Positions 21,509 to 32,624 are shown, numbered from the stretch's first letter. The stretch: 64,000 nt of DNA from an uncultured bacterium (GCA_963721685.1 CAVRJJ010000005.1:231943-295942); one strand, 5' to 3'. Notes: a model not told the origin generated them from the sequence alone. Made by a program: numbers and translations.

Positions 21509-22192
21509 ATGAAGAAACTATTAAACCAACGGGGATTCGGCGCGTTGGAAATGATTTTGGTCGTGCTGTTGCTTGCTGCAATCGGCGCGGCCGGTTACTT
21601 CGCCTATCAAGCACGGCAGGCTGATTCTGATACAGCTTCTAGTAAAAACGTAACCGCTGAGAACCCTGAAGCAAAAGCGAATCCGTACGAAGGATGGAAA
21701 ACATTTGAATCGGTTGCCTATAAAGGGGCTAGTTTTCGGTATCCAACCGACTGGAATACGAAAGTTGAAGCAAGCCCATTTCCGGAAGTTGCCGACGGCA
21801 AAAATGTTATTTTGACGTCGCCTAAAGGATTGCAACTTAATTATGTCGAATTCATAGATGGACTTGGCGGCGGTTGCCCGGATACCGATCCGCATGTGAA
21901 CTTAACGACAGTTGAAGAGTTGGCCAATGGCTCAGTCCCTCCGGTATATTTTATTGAAAACAAATCAATAATTGCCCTGGCGAGCGAAAGCTCATGGCCA
22001 AATAATAAAGCTCAAGTTGGAGATACCGGAACCTGCTTATACTATCCCCTGGTGAGTACCAATAGTGCCCAAGGTAGCCAATTGAGCTTTAGCACATCCA
22101 TTCAAGCTAGAGGAGGTGATGCAGCTCCCCTGGTAGCCGACAAGGCGGAATTAGCAGAGGCACGCCTAATACTAAAAAGCTTCAAATTATAA
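21509..22192 (+). CDS. type IV pilin / pseudopilin-like protein (prepilin N-terminal methylation motif)
   Basis: MKKLLNQRG|FGALEMILVVLLLAAIGAAGYFA: short basic leader, G-F cleavage site, Glu at +5. Confidence 0.7.
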   Translation: MKKLLNQRGFGALEMILVVLLLAAIGAAGYFAYQARQADSDTASSKNVTAENPEAKANPYEGWKTFESVAYKGASFRYPTDWNTKVEASPFPEVADGKNVILTSPKGLQLNYVEFIDGLGGGCPDTDPHVNLTTVEELANGSVPPVYFIENKSIIALASESSWPNNKAQVGDTGTCLYYPLVSTNSAQGSQLSFSTSIQARGGDAAPLVADKAELAEARLILKSFKL

Positions 22193-22226
22193 CATTTTAC
22201 TGCCCTTAATTTGATAAGATGGGGCA

Positions 22227-23114
22227 GTGAAACCCTCTACTAGCATATTCATCATCTATAACCCCAAAAGTACCGGTGACAGCAAGTCGGCTGCGAAGGA
22301 CTTAGAGCGCCAGTTAATAAAAGAACTTCCTAGAACACGCGTCGAGTCCATTGCTACCCACTACGCCGGTCATGCTGAAAAGTTAGCTTACTCACTCGCG
22401 CACAAGCATGCCGCGCCGCTAATTGTGTCGTCCAGCGGGGATGGCGGGTACCACGAAGTAATTAATGGGGTAATGAAGTCATCGGCAGAAGGGAAACCCG
22501 CCATTGCCGCGGTTTTACCGGCTGGTAATGCCAATGACCACAGCCGGACCATGCAAGATAAGCCCCTATGGGAGTCCATTAAAAAGGGGAAGGCAACTCA
22601 GATTGATTTACTAAAAGTTAGCGTGGGGGATAGCACCAATAAGACACACCGCTATGCCCATTCCTACGCAGGGCTGGGCTTAACGCCTATTATTGCCACC
22701 GAGTTAAACCGCCACACCTTGTCAGCATTCAATGAAACCATTTTGGTGCTTAAGACTTTTTTCACCCATCGACCATTTAAAATACGTCGTAATAACAAAG
22801 TAATTACATTAGATAGCTTACTCTTTATGAACATCAATCAGATGGCCAAAGTGTTGACGCTGGCTAAAACCAATCAGCCGGATGATGGCAAATTTGAAGT
22901 AATTACCTTCCCCCACGCCCATAAGTTTAAGCTTATTATAAAGCTATTTAAGGCTGCCACCAAAGGGTTAGAAACCGCGCGGCGCGAAAGTGCTTACTCG
23001 TTTGAGGTGATAAAAAAAATGCCGATGCAACTGGATGGTGAAGTTACGCAGCTGGCGCCAAACAGTAAGGTGGAGGTAATATCCGCCGCTAAAGCGCTTG
23101 CAACCATTGTTTAA
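22227..23114 (+). CDS. diacylglycerol/lipid kinase catalytic-domain protein (YegS/BmrU-like)
   Basis: IYNPKSTG...SSSGDGG nucleotide-binding block (GGDG-like). Confidence 0.6.
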   Translation: MKPSTSIFIIYNPKSTGDSKSAAKDLERQLIKELPRTRVESIATHYAGHAEKLAYSLAHKHAAPLIVSSSGDGGYHEVINGVMKSSAEGKPAIAAVLPAGNANDHSRTMQDKPLWESIKKGKATQIDLLKVSVGDSTNKTHRYAHSYAGLGLTPIIATELNRHTLSAFNETILVLKTFFTHRPFKIRRNNKVITLDSLLFMNINQMAKVLTLAKTNQPDDGKFEVITFPHAHKFKLIIKLFKAATKGLETARRESAYSFEVIKKMPMQLDGEVTQLAPNSKVEVISAAKALATIV

Positions 23115-23217
23115 AGTTGTGCAACAGTATAAAAATAAAATAATCTGATAACTAGAATATTGCACATTGGTTAATATGCTTGTTTTGCTTACAATTCAAG
23201 CATAAAGGGAGATAACT

Positions 23218-23580
23218 ATGGCCGACAGGATTATTACTACCGAAGATCGCCCAGCGCGCCGTTCCGGAGCGTGGAGCGCTGTAAATATTGTATATCTGCT
23301 CTTTGGTTTACTGGAAGCGCTGCTAGCGTTCCGGTTGATTTTCTTGTTGCTAGGAGCTAATCCGGCTAGTGGCTTTGTCAGTTTTATCTATAACCTCACC
23401 GAGCCGTTTGTGTGGCCGTTTTATGGTATTTTCCCGCAGGCTACAAACCAGGGCGCCGCGACAACCTCCGTTTTTGAACCCGCCACCATAATCGCCATGA
23501 TTGTTTACGCGCTCGTAGCTTGGTTGATCGCGCGCTTGATTGGCGCCGCCGCCGGAAGGCCGGTAGATAGGGAAGTTTAA
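23218..23580 (+). CDS. YggT-family membrane protein
   Basis: FRLIFLLLGANP...TEPFVWPF pattern. 120 aa. Confidence 0.55.
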   Translation: MADRIITTEDRPARRSGAWSAVNIVYLLFGLLEALLAFRLIFLLLGANPASGFVSFIYNLTEPFVWPFYGIFPQATNQGAATTSVFEPATIIAMIVYALVAWLIARLIGAAAGRPVDREV

Positions 23581-23608
23581 GCTGCCAATAACACGTATAT
23601 AAAAATAA

Positions 23609-23640
23609 AACGGCCCGTCGCAAATGACGGGCCGTTTTGT
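23609..23640 (+). terminator. Rho-independent terminator
   Basis: ACGGCCCGTC / GACGGGCCGT 10-bp stem with a 6-nt loop and TTTT tail. Confidence 0.75.
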
Positions 23641-23664
23641 GGAACGGTGGTCGCCCGCGACGGG

Positions 23665-24258
23665 CTAGTGGTTGGGTCGGGGAGGCTGCGGCACTTTCTG
23701 CAGGATGGGGCCTCGGACAGGCCTGGGTTCGGCTTGGTGAACGAGGCCGCGGTGCTTGGAGCAGCGGAAGTAGATCTCTCCAGTTTCCGCTGACAGCACA
23801 GCTGTGGTGGCTGGGTCGCCACACTGACGTTTGGCGGGAGTGTGGTAGGTGCACTTGAGCTTGAGGTCGGTGACAGGCACCTCCGGCACAGTGCCTTCCG
23901 TCTCCGGTTGGAGCAGGCTTCCTCCGTCCAGAATGTTGGCCGAGTTGATTTCCGTCATCCTGAAGAAGATGTGAGTCCGGCGCCTCTCCGGAAGCACCTT
24001 CGACGGGTCGATCGTGAGAGAGGTTGGCTCGGCACACGCCACCCACTCCGATCCAGCTTTTATATCCTCCTCCCACTGCCCCTTATGGACTAGCAGTTGA
24101 GGGTTGCTGAGCTGGAACCTCAGCTTGTTCGAACTGTCGAGATTGGCAGACTTGATGGTTCCGTGATAGAAACCACCGTTCACCAAGAACTCCAGAACTA
24201 GACCCGTGAGTTCGTCTAAGGGGACGTCATCCCAGGTCAACACATTCGATGGGGGCAC
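23665..24258 (-). CDS. hypothetical protein in a high-GC patch next to a tRNA
   Basis: GTG 24258 with GGAG SD. The listed ORF start at 24378 would overlap the tRNA. C-terminus has a CxxH...C...C cluster. Confidence 0.45.
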   Translation of the reverse strand: MPPSNVLTWDDVPLDELTGLVLEFLVNGGFYHGTIKSANLDSSNKLRFQLSNPQLLVHKGQWEEDIKAGSEWVACAEPTSLTIDPSKVLPERRRTHIFFRMTEINSANILDGGSLLQPETEGTVPEVPVTDLKLKCTYHTPAKRQCGDPATTAVLSAETGEIYFRCSKHRGLVHQAEPRPVRGPILQKVPQPPRPNH

Positions 24259-24344
24259 TGCGATACTCCAATCTCTGGGGGATGTGCGCGACGACACGAT
24301 TTGTCGAGGTGATTTATAATGGCATGATAATTGAGGAAAATCAA

Positions 24345-24420
24345 TGGTGGGCCCGGCTGGACTTGAACCAGCGACCAATCGGTTATGAGCCGACTGCTCT
24401 AACCACTGAGCTACGGGCCC
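24345..24420 (-). tRNA. tRNA with CAU anticodon, probably tRNA-Ile2 (lysidine) rather than Met
   Basis: Cloverleaf GGGCCCG...CUCAUAA...CGGGCCCACCA with G1-C72. Almost identical to E. coli ileX over the D-loop, anticodon arm and T-arm as recalled. Confidence 0.7.
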
Positions 24421-24508
24421 GCGGATGCACGGATGGTACGCAACCGATTATGCTGGAAAACGCCCGGCTTTGCCAGCGCGCTGTAATTGTTACGGTAGGC
24501 ATACTACA

Positions 24509-24913
24509 ATGGAAGCTATGAATCCGGTTATTCGAAAATTCCTGCGGCGCATCCATTTTGGCTTAGTTCTAGGAATTTTAGTGGTAACCTACATTTCTTT
24601 TTATTTAGTCCAGACCATTAGCTACAACTACAAGTTAAAGCATCAAATTAATGATCTTGAAACTCGGCTGACTCACTTGCAGACTGAAAAGCAAACCTTA
24701 GAATACAAAATTCAGTACTACCAAACCGACGACTATAAGGAAAAACAAGCTCGGGCCAAGCTGGGGTTGCAGGCGCCTGGCGAAGAAGTGATTATCCTGC
24801 CCCACGACGATACCGATAAATCAAACCAAGAAGCGCGGGAAGACGAAGCGAAGCCCAAGAAGTCGAATTTTGCCCAATGGGTAGACTTTCTGCTTGGAAA
24901 AACAAGCTCTTGA
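24509..24913 (+). CDS. FtsB/DivIC-like septum formation initiator
   Basis: Single TM followed by a coiled coil. ATG at 24509. Confidence 0.5.
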   Translation: MEAMNPVIRKFLRRIHFGLVLGILVVTYISFYLVQTISYNYKLKHQINDLETRLTHLQTEKQTLEYKIQYYQTDDYKEKQARAKLGLQAPGEEVIILPHDDTDKSNQEAREDEAKPKKSNFAQWVDFLLGKTSS

Positions 24914-26505
24914 AGCGTCTCTTCCTGTTCTGCGCCTCGGCCTTCTACCTGCTGGTTGTAAGCAGCGCCTCGGCCTTTGCCGCCGAACGGATTATTACTT
25001 TCGACTCTCAGGTGACGGTTACCAAAGAAAATGTTGCCGATATTACTGAAACGATCCAATATGATTTCGGCTCCGATTACCGCCACGGCATTTTCCGCTA
25101 TGTCCCGCTGGATTATACCGATGACAAAGGAAAGAAGTACCATAATAGCCTGAAGTTTATCGGCGTTACCCAAGAGGGGAAGAAGGTGGATGTCGAGACC
25201 ACCAAGACGACCAGCAAGGGAAGCAGTAATTCCGTCATACGCATAGGAGATCCGGATACAACCATTAACGGTGTTCACACCTACGTCATCCATTACCGGT
25301 TGCTGCCGGTTGTGCGGCAAGAAGGTGCGCTTGGGTTCTTGTCGCTGGATATTACCGGTGATGGCTGGGAGGTTCCGATTGAGCGGGCAAGCGCGACGTT
25401 AGCATTTGAGGATGGTACTAGCCTATCGAACCCCAAATGTTTTTACGGCCCTCCGGGTTCTACTGCTGGATGCGTTATCCAAGAAAGCCTGCCGCCTACC
25501 TATGTAGCTCAAAATCTCAGTGCCCGGGAAGGCCTAACGGTACAGGGCCTTTTGCCGGCCGGGTATGTCAGCGAATATCTTATTGCCGGGAAAAGGGCTC
25601 CTCTGACGCTGGAAGAAATTGCTACATTTATAGTAATTGGATTAAGCATTCTGGGAGCCTTGCTTATCGCCTGGATCTTCCTCCTAAGATACCTACGCAA
25701 GCGCGGTCGTAAAAAAGCTCAAACCGTCATTGCGCAATATGAGCCTCCCAGCAATTTAACCCCAGGGGAAATCGGCTTACTGCAAGATGACACATCGGGA
25801 ATGCGTGAAATTACCGCCATGCTGATTGACCTAGCGGTACGCGGGTTCATGAAGATTGAGCAGACTAAGCCTAAAACCTGGTTTAGAAAAGCCAAATATA
25901 CTTTGCATATGCTACAAGAACCAGTGGGTCTCACGAGCTACGAGCAAAAGCTGTGGGACCAGTTGTTTGGCGGACGAAATAAAATTGCTCTGGACGATAT
26001 AAATAAGTCCTCAATGTCGGCCGCGATAACGAAAATCCATTCCGAGTTAAAGACAGGGCTCAAGAAAAAAGGCTTTTACGGATCATTTTCCAAAGAGCCG
26101 GGGCTTATGGAGAAGCTGATTGATACCGGCACCATCTCAGACGCCGGTGCGGTGGAATGGGCAAAAGTTGAAGGATTAAAGCTGTATTTAAAAGTTGCCG
26201 AAAAAGACCGGTTAAATTTTACCGACGCTCCCGAACGCACTCCGGAGCGTTTCAACAAATTGCTGCCCTACGCGGTCGCACTAGGGGTTGAAAAAGAGTG
26301 GGCCAAGCAGTTCGAGGACATTAACTTGCAGCAATCCTCCAGCTGGTACGCTGGCAATTACGCGGTCTTTTCCTCATCGGCGCTAGCCAGTGATCTTGGG
26401 GGAGGCTTCGCCTCGTCATTTAGCAGCAACGCGACCGTTTCATCGTCATCGTCCGGCGGTAGCTCGGGTGGAGGAGGCGGCGGAGGTGGAGGCGGGAGCT
26501 GGTAG
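24877..26505 (+). CDS. DUF2207-family membrane protein with C-terminal Gly-rich tail
   Basis: Signal peptide, large extracytoplasmic domain, TM, and GGSSGGGGGGGGGGSW tail. Confidence 0.6.
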   Translation: MGRLSAWKNKLLKRLFLFCASAFYLLVVSSASAFAAERIITFDSQVTVTKENVADITETIQYDFGSDYRHGIFRYVPLDYTDDKGKKYHNSLKFIGVTQEGKKVDVETTKTTSKGSSNSVIRIGDPDTTINGVHTYVIHYRLLPVVRQEGALGFLSLDITGDGWEVPIERASATLAFEDGTSLSNPKCFYGPPGSTAGCVIQESLPPTYVAQNLSAREGLTVQGLLPAGYVSEYLIAGKRAPLTLEEIATFIVIGLSILGALLIAWIFLLRYLRKRGRKKAQTVIAQYEPPSNLTPGEIGLLQDDTSGMREITAMLIDLAVRGFMKIEQTKPKTWFRKAKYTLHMLQEPVGLTSYEQKLWDQLFGGRNKIALDDINKSSMSAAITKIHSELKTGLKKKGFYGSFSKEPGLMEKLIDTGTISDAGAVEWAKVEGLKLYLKVAEKDRLNFTDAPERTPERFNKLLPYAVALGVEKEWAKQFEDINLQQSSSWYAGNYAVFSSSALASDLGGGFASSFSSNATVSSSSSGGSSGGGGGGGGGGSW

Positions 26506-26568
26506 TTTCATTTTTATTTAATCTCAAGTTGGTAAGCTGGTAGAATTGAAATAATACAAGGATTAGTT

Positions 26569-26922
26569 ATGGCATTAACTCTCGAGGAAAAACAGTATTT
26601 TGACCGGCGTTTTGACGGCATCGAGCAAGCCAGGCACGAGGATCGCGCATATTTTACGGGCTTGTTTAACGCGGCATTGCGAGAAATTTCTAAAAAGTTT
26701 GATTCCGTCCAAAAGCAGCTTGATGCCATAAAAGTGCGGATGGAACGGCTCGAAGAACGTGTCGGACAACTCGAAACGCGCGTTGCGGCGCTGGAGAAAG
26801 ATATTAAAGAAATCAAGCTAGATCTCCAGGATGTGCGCGCTCGTGTATTTGATGCGGCCCAGCGAACAGAATGGTTGTCGTTGGTGCGCCGAGTTGAGGT
26901 GCTCGAGAAAGATTGTAAATAG
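26569..26922 (+). CDS. hypothetical coiled-coil protein
   Basis: 117 aa, heptad-rich, AAGGA SD. Confidence 0.45.
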   Translation: MALTLEEKQYFDRRFDGIEQARHEDRAYFTGLFNAALREISKKFDSVQKQLDAIKVRMERLEERVGQLETRVAALEKDIKEIKLDLQDVRARVFDAAQRTEWLSLVRRVEVLEKDCK

Positions 26923-26933
26923 TAAATTCCAAA

Positions 26934-27008
<75 letters not shown>

Positions 27009-27056
27009 ATACGGTAAGCATTGTACTTGGTTAGCTTCTTCTCGAAAAGCCTTGTA

Positions 27057-27632
27057 CTAAAAGCCCAGGAAATAGTTATGAAATTTTGAGTTCTCGTCCA
27101 ATTCAGTGTGGAAAGAGGTCGCTAGGATATTTCCTTGGCGAACCGCGATTGGTGCTTCCTGGTAACTGGATAAAATCTCAACCTGAGGACCTACTGCCGT
27201 AATGCCAGGCGAGCGGATAAACACAACGTTTACGCGGTCGGGGGTGACTTTGGGTATTGATAGGCGGGCGCTAAAACTTTGGATTTGCCGCCCGTAATAG
27301 TTCCGTGTGGCAGTGATGTTGAGCCCGCCTAGTAGGACTTGGCCATCGTGCTTTTGTCCCTCAACCCGATCGGCCAACATGATTAGCCCGGCGCAGGTTC
27401 CCCATACCGGCATCTTCGCCGCGATAAATGCCCGCAACGGCTTTATGAGGCCGGTGCTTTGGGCAACAATTCCAATGGCAGTGCTTTCCCCGCCGGGAAT
27501 AATCAACGAATCAATGGCTTCTAAGTCACCAGGTGTTTTAACAAGCCGGACGGCTGCCCCGCAGCGCTCAACCGCGGCGGCGTGCTCAGCAAAATCTCCC
27601 TGGAGTGCCAGTATGCCAACAGTTTTAGCCAA
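27057..27632 (-). CDS. pdxT: pyridoxal 5'-phosphate synthase glutaminase subunit
   Basis: Class I glutamine amidotransferase blocks (GILALQG, GTCAG, IIPGGEST). Confidence 0.85.
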   Translation of the reverse strand: MAKTVGILALQGDFAEHAAAVERCGAAVRLVKTPGDLEAIDSLIIPGGESTAIGIVAQSTGLIKPLRAFIAAKMPVWGTCAGLIMLADRVEGQKHDGQVLLGGLNITATRNYYGRQIQSFSARLSIPKVTPDRVNVVFIRSPGITAVGPQVEILSSYQEAPIAVRQGNILATSFHTELDENSKFHNYFLGF

Positions 27633-27637
27633 CCTGG

Positions 27638-28522
27638 TTACCAGCCGCGGGTGGCGAGTCGCTCTTCGTTGGGCAACGTGTCGAGGTTAATGCCAACCAT
27701 CGGCTCACCTAAATCTTCACTTACCTTGGCGAGCATCTTCGCGTCATTAAAGTGAGTGGTGGCAAGCACAATGGCCTTGGCGCGCTTGGCTGGGTTGCCG
27801 CTTTTGTAAATGCCGGAGCCAACAAATACACCGTCGACACCTAATTGCATCATTAAGGCGGCGTCGGCGGGGGTGGCAATACCGCCGGCGGCGAAGTTTA
27901 CTACCGGTAAGCGGCCAAGTTTAACGGTTTGGCCAGCCAGCTCTTCCGTCACCCGCTCAGTTTTAGCGAAGGCTTTGATGGCGGCTGATCCGGCTTTTTT
28001 CAGGATTGCCAGTTCATCGCTAACGGTCCGGGCATGGCGGACGGCTTCAACGATATTGCCGGTGCCGGCTTCCCCCTTTGTTCGGATCATGGCAGCGCCT
28101 TCCTGGATGCGCCGGAGGGCTTCGCCTAAATTACGGCAGCCGCACACAAAAGGCACGGTAAAGGGGTGCTTATCAATATGGTGGGTGTCGTCAGCCGGTG
28201 TCAGGACTTCGCTTTCATCAATGTAGTCCACGCCAAGCTCCTGGAGAATTTGGGCTTCTACAAAATGACCAATGCGCGCCTTTGCCATCACCGGGATCGT
28301 TACCGCCTTAATAATTTCTTTAATCATTTTGGGGTCGCTCATGCGCGCTACACCGCCATCGGCGCGGATATCGGCTGGAACGCGTTCAAGTGCCATCACA
28401 GCCGCCGCCCCAGCCTCTTCAGCAATGCGAGCCTGTTCGGGGGTGACCACATCCATAATAACGCCGCCTTTGAGCATTTGGGCGAGGCCGCTTTTTACGG
28501 CAAAGGTTCCGGTGTGTTTCAT
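27638..28522 (-). CDS. pdxS: pyridoxal 5'-phosphate synthase lyase subunit
   Basis: Near-canonical PdxS sequence, e.g. GGVIMDV and [18 protein letters not shown]. Confidence 0.9.
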   Translation of the reverse strand: MKHTGTFAVKSGLAQMLKGGVIMDVVTPEQARIAEEAGAAAVMALERVPADIRADGGVARMSDPKMIKEIIKAVTIPVMAKARIGHFVEAQILQELGVDYIDESEVLTPADDTHHIDKHPFTVPFVCGCRNLGEALRRIQEGAAMIRTKGEAGTGNIVEAVRHARTVSDELAILKKAGSAAIKAFAKTERVTEELAGQTVKLGRLPVVNFAAGGIATPADAALMMQLGVDGVFVGSGIYKSGNPAKRAKAIVLATTHFNDAKMLAKVSEDLGEPMVGINLDTLPNEERLATRGW

Positions 28523-28546
28523 TACATGTATCTCATAATAATTGCT

Positions 28547-28623
<77 letters not shown>

Positions 28624-28755
28624 ACGACGTTTTTACAGGATACCAGGAATAAGATGGGGGGTCAACGATTAGGTACTAGTAATTTTAAGTAAAATAGTGC
28701 AAAATAATCCTACTCCACTATCGATTGCCGATACTGTCGGCAGGAAGGATCCTAC

Positions 28756-29190
28756 GTGCATAGGCACCTTGGATTTATGGGTAACCGACCAGAGCTTCGG
28801 GGGCAGCTTTCAGTGCTGCCTCCGTCGATCTGGAGAAAGGTGGCCGACCCCGCAACCGGGAATCCGGTAACTGCGTCGCCGCATGCGCTACGGCTCGGCA
28901 ACGGCGAGACGATCGTTTTGGGCAAGGTGGTTCGGCGCGGACAGCTTGACCTGGTGCTAGTCGAATGCGACGGCACGATGGATGAGCTTCAGAAGGCAGG
29001 AAGCATCCTGCGTACCTTGGGAATCACCAATCTCTCGGACATTCGTCCCGGCCCGATCGGCTGGTTCTCGACGGAAGGAGAGCACGAGTCGACACTCCAC
29101 GGGCTTCGTGCAGCCGCCAAGGTTGGCGCTGAACAAGCGCCCATCCTTTGGTTCCGCCGTAAGCGCCAGACGGCAACGCTCGCCGCCTAA
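28756..29190 (+). CDS. hypothetical protein (high-GC patch)
   Basis: GTG start with AGGAAGG SD. 144 aa. Confidence 0.45.
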   Translation: MHRHLGFMGNRPELRGQLSVLPPSIWRKVADPATGNPVTASPHALRLGNGETIVLGKVVRRGQLDLVLVECDGTMDELQKAGSILRTLGITNLSDIRPGPIGWFSTEGEHESTLHGLRAAAKVGAEQAPILWFRRKRQTATLAA

Positions 29191-29240
29191 TGACAACCAC
29201 GACAAGGAGTTTGACATGAGCGGAGACGTTCAACCAGGAT

Positions 29241-29492
29241 ATGGCACGAAGAGTCCAGTGCCGGCAACCGGCGTGGTCGGCCCGTTTGACGGGCTTGATC
29301 CATGCGACGGGAAGGACCAGGCAGTCCTGGCAGTTGGCCTTGCACTGCTGCGGTTGCACTTCGACTTCAGCGATCCAGCTACTGCGGAGGCTGGTTCGCC
29401 AGGCGGCGGAGAGCTTCGGCATCACCACCGAGGAGCTGAGCGACCGGATTCGGAGCTTCAAGGAAGCCCTGCTTCTCCAGCCCGGCTGGTAG
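29241..29492 (+). CDS. hypothetical small protein, possibly the frameshifted 3' part of a gene starting at 29216
   Basis: Helix-rich end (...AIQLLRRLVRQAAESFGITTEELSDRIRSFKEALLLQPGW). A strong AAGGAG SD precedes an ATG at 29216 in the other frame. Confidence 0.3.
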   Translation: MARRVQCRQPAWSARLTGLIHATGRTRQSWQLALHCCGCTSTSAIQLLRRLVRQAAESFGITTEELSDRIRSFKEALLLQPGW

Positions 29493-29698
29493 CGGCCGCG
29501 CATCGAGCCGCTGGGGGTGAGGCCGGCGCCTTGCACCACCGAGCATCAAACGGCTGTTCGGCCTTTCGAGTGAGGACCCACTGTTCGGGCCGGCATGCCG
29601 AACAAGGGCCCGATAGACGACTGAGCTTCGGCTCGCAACGCGTGTGGGCGGGGCCTAAGGGTCCCGCCTGCGCCCGCAGTTTTGTTATTATTCCATCT

Positions 29699-30619
29699 AT
29701 GAAAGACACATTCATTAACAGAATTATTTGGCCCAGCCCGGGCCGTTACGTGTTTGCGCTGTCTGGCGGCGTTGATTCGGCGGCGTTGCTTGACCTAATG
29801 GCTACTCATCCTGATGCTAGCAAGAGGCAATTAGAGGTAGTCCATTTTGACCATGGCTGGAGCGCGGAAAGTAAAAAGTACACCGAGACGGCTAGGCAAG
29901 CTGCCAATAGGTATGGTTTGCCATTTCATAGTACCCGCCGGCCGGTGAAGCGGGCGGAAGCCGAAGCCCGCCAGGCGCGGTACGGTTATTTGCGCGAAAT
30001 CCAGGAGCAGACCGGGGCGAGGGCTATTATCACCGCCCAGCATCAGGATGATTTGGTTGAAACGTTGATTATGAATGTAGAGCGGGGGACAGGACGCTAC
30101 GGGTTGTCCCCATTCGTGAGCGCTAAAGATATTCTTCGGCCTTTAGCCCGGGTGCGAAAGGCCGAGCTGCTTAAATATGCAAACGAGCGGGGACTGGAAT
30201 GGATTGAAGACCCCTCCAACCAGGATCCGGCGTTTCGGCGCAATGTGGTAAGGCGCGAGCTTATTCCCGCCTTGAAGAAAATTGAACCGGACTTTCAGGC
30301 TAAAATGATTGCAATTATTGATGAAGCAACTGGACTGAACCAGCGGATTAACAAGGGGCTTCAAGCTTACTTTGACTTTACCGACGGTAAGGCCACCGCG
30401 GACTTAAACCGGCTGCGTCGATTGCCGTTTACTACGCTTACCGAAGTGCTGGTGGCAATGGCCCGCGCTGTTCAGCCTGGTGTTGAGCTGGACAGTGTGG
30501 CAGTGGAGCAGCTAGCTCTCGATTGCAAAACGCTGCGGTTGGGTCAAGCTCGCCAGCTAACTTCTCGCTTGTCGGTCAGCTGCTCCCGTGCTAGAGTGAT
30601 TACTGTGTTTACCCCTTAG
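29699..30619 (+). CDS. tilS: tRNA(Ile)-lysidine synthetase
   Basis: SGGVDS PP-loop. Conserved tilS-ftsH neighbourhood. Short form, 307 aa. Confidence 0.8.
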   Translation: MKDTFINRIIWPSPGRYVFALSGGVDSAALLDLMATHPDASKRQLEVVHFDHGWSAESKKYTETARQAANRYGLPFHSTRRPVKRAEAEARQARYGYLREIQEQTGARAIITAQHQDDLVETLIMNVERGTGRYGLSPFVSAKDILRPLARVRKAELLKYANERGLEWIEDPSNQDPAFRRNVVRRELIPALKKIEPDFQAKMIAIIDEATGLNQRINKGLQAYFDFTDGKATADLNRLRRLPFTTLTEVLVAMARAVQPGVELDSVAVEQLALDCKTLRLGQARQLTSRLSVSCSRARVITVFTP

Positions 30620-30681
30620 GGAAGCCACATTCTGCTTATGGTTACAAGTTTTTCCGACAGCACAAGAAAGGTACAAGTTAC

Positions 30682-32565
30682 ATGAAGACCCGCTCCCGCA
30701 ATTTTTTTATTTTAATTGGTATTTTAGTATTGCTTGCCATTACGGCGGTAGTTTCAATGCCGCAGAAAAAAACCGAACCGGTTTCTTTATCTAAAATTAT
30801 TGATGAAGCTCGATCCGGCAACATTGAAAAAATTGAAGTTTCCGGCGACAAGTTAACCGCTACCCAAAAGAAAAAAGACGCGCCCCTCCTGACCGCCACC
30901 AAAGAATCAACCGCCACCCTAAAGGATTACGGAATTGATTATGGCAAGGTGAAGATTGAGCCTAAAAGCGGCGAAAGTACCACCCGTTACATTTTAGCCG
31001 GGCTGTTTAGTATTTTGCCGTTTATATTAATTGGGGCGTTCCTGTTCTTCATGATGCGCCAAGCCCAAGGCTCAAGCAACCAGGCTATGAGCTTTGGCAA
31101 AAGTCGGGCCCGGTTGTTTGGCAGCGATAAAAAGAAAGTTCTGTTTAAGGACGTGGCGGGATCGGAAGAAGCCAAGCAAGAACTCAGCGAAGTTGTGGAA
31201 TTCTTAAAATATCCGACCAAATTTGAAGCCCTGGGCGCCAAAATTCCCAAAGGTGTGCTTCTCTTTGGCCCTCCGGGAACCGGCAAAACTTTGCTGGCCA
31301 GGGCGGTAGCGGGAGAGGCGGAAGTTCCATTTTTTAGCATTTCCGGTTCAGAGTTCGTAGAGATGTTCGTGGGTGTTGGCGCTTCCCGGGTACGCGACTT
31401 GTTTGCTAAGGCCAAAAAGAACGCCCCCTGTATTATTTTTGTTGATGAAATCGACGCCGTCGGACGCCAGCGCGGCACGGGAATGGGTGGCGGCCATGAT
31501 GAGCGTGAGCAGACCCTTAACCAAATTTTGGTTGAGATGGATGGTTTTGAGCAAGGTACTAATGTAATCGTTATGGCCGCGACCAACCGGCCGGACGTGC
31601 TTGACCCCGCGCTGCTTCGGCCGGGCCGCTTTGACCGCCGCGTTACACTTGACGCCCCCGATGTCCACAACCGTAAAGCGATCTTGGACGTACATGCTGT
31701 TGGCAAGCCGCTTGACCCGGCTACTAACCTTATGCAAATCGCTAAGAAAACCCCTGGCTTTTCCGGAGCCGACCTAGCCAACCTTTTAAATGAAGCGGCA
31801 ATCTTAACAGCGCGAAACAACCGTAAAAAAATTACCCAGCATGATTTGGATATGTCGGTTGAAAAAGTCCTGCTTGGGCCAGAACGTCGCAGCCACATTA
31901 TGAACGGCAGGGAAAAAGAGATTACCGCCTACCACGAAGCCGGCCACGCGATTGTTGGCCATTTCATGGAGAATGCCCACCCGGTACATAAAATCACGAT
32001 TGTCCCCCGGGGAAATGCCGGCGGTTTTACTTGGAGCCTCCCGGTTGAAGACCGTCATCTTTCCAGCGTGCAGGATTTTAAAGATGATATGGCCATGATG
32101 CTGGGCGGACGCTTGGCTGAGCGGATTGTTTATAACGAAATTACTACCGGCGCCTCCAATGACCTCCAAAACGCTACCAACTTGGCACGTAAAATGATTA
32201 TGGATTATGGGATGAGCGTAAAACTTCCTAACCTTGTGTTTGGCCGGCAAAGCGACGCCATATTCATGGGCCGCGACCTTGGAGAAGGCAAAAACTACTC
32301 CGACGATATTGCCAAGGTAATTGATGATGAGGTCGCGGCGCTGATTGATGAGGCGGCTGAACGGGCTAAAACAACAATCTTGAAGTACCGCAAAGAATTG
32401 AACGCGGTAGCTGACTTTCTGGTAAAAGAAGAAACCATGGAAGAAGATGATTTCTTGAAAATCGTGGGCGGCCCAAACAAGAAAAAGAAATACCAGGCAC
32501 CGGCCCTTGATATTGGCGGCGACACGGGCACCCCTAAACCCGCCGGAAAACTGGCCGAAGCCTAA
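30682..32565 (+). CDS. ftsH: ATP-dependent zinc metalloprotease FtsH
   Basis: Two N-terminal TMs, AAA+ Walker [12 protein letters not shown], and HEAGH zinc site. Confidence 0.95.
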   Translation: MKTRSRNFFILIGILVLLAITAVVSMPQKKTEPVSLSKIIDEARSGNIEKIEVSGDKLTATQKKKDAPLLTATKESTATLKDYGIDYGKVKIEPKSGESTTRYILAGLFSILPFILIGAFLFFMMRQAQGSSNQAMSFGKSRARLFGSDKKKVLFKDVAGSEEAKQELSEVVEFLKYPTKFEALGAKIPKGVLLFGPPGTGKTLLARAVAGEAEVPFFSISGSEFVEMFVGVGASRVRDLFAKAKKNAPCIIFVDEIDAVGRQRGTGMGGGHDEREQTLNQILVEMDGFEQGTNVIVMAATNRPDVLDPALLRPGRFDRRVTLDAPDVHNRKAILDVHAVGKPLDPATNLMQIAKKTPGFSGADLANLLNEAAILTARNNRKKITQHDLDMSVEKVLLGPERRSHIMNGREKEITAYHEAGHAIVGHFMENAHPVHKITIVPRGNAGGFTWSLPVEDRHLSSVQDFKDDMAMMLGGRLAERIVYNEITTGASNDLQNATNLARKMIMDYGMSVKLPNLVFGRQSDAIFMGRDLGEGKNYSDDIAKVIDDEVAALIDEAAERAKTTILKYRKELNAVADFLVKEETMEEDDFLKIVGGPNKKKKYQAPALDIGGDTGTPKPAGKLAEA

Positions 32566-32624
32566 GCATTGAAAGGATGGCTTTCGCTGTCCAAAACGCT
32601 TTAGCGCGACTATAATTACCAGCA

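Noticed and set aside
23441-24093. Overlapping minus and plus ORFs (211, 73, 83 aa) inside the 23665-24258 gene region
   Set aside because: High GC produces multiple open frames. Only the 23665-24258 frame has an SD-linked start and diverse composition.
28982-29698. N-terminal 239-codon extension of tilS
   Set aside because: Conserved TilS starts at MKDTFINRII (29699). Upstream is high-GC read-through. See the separate finding.
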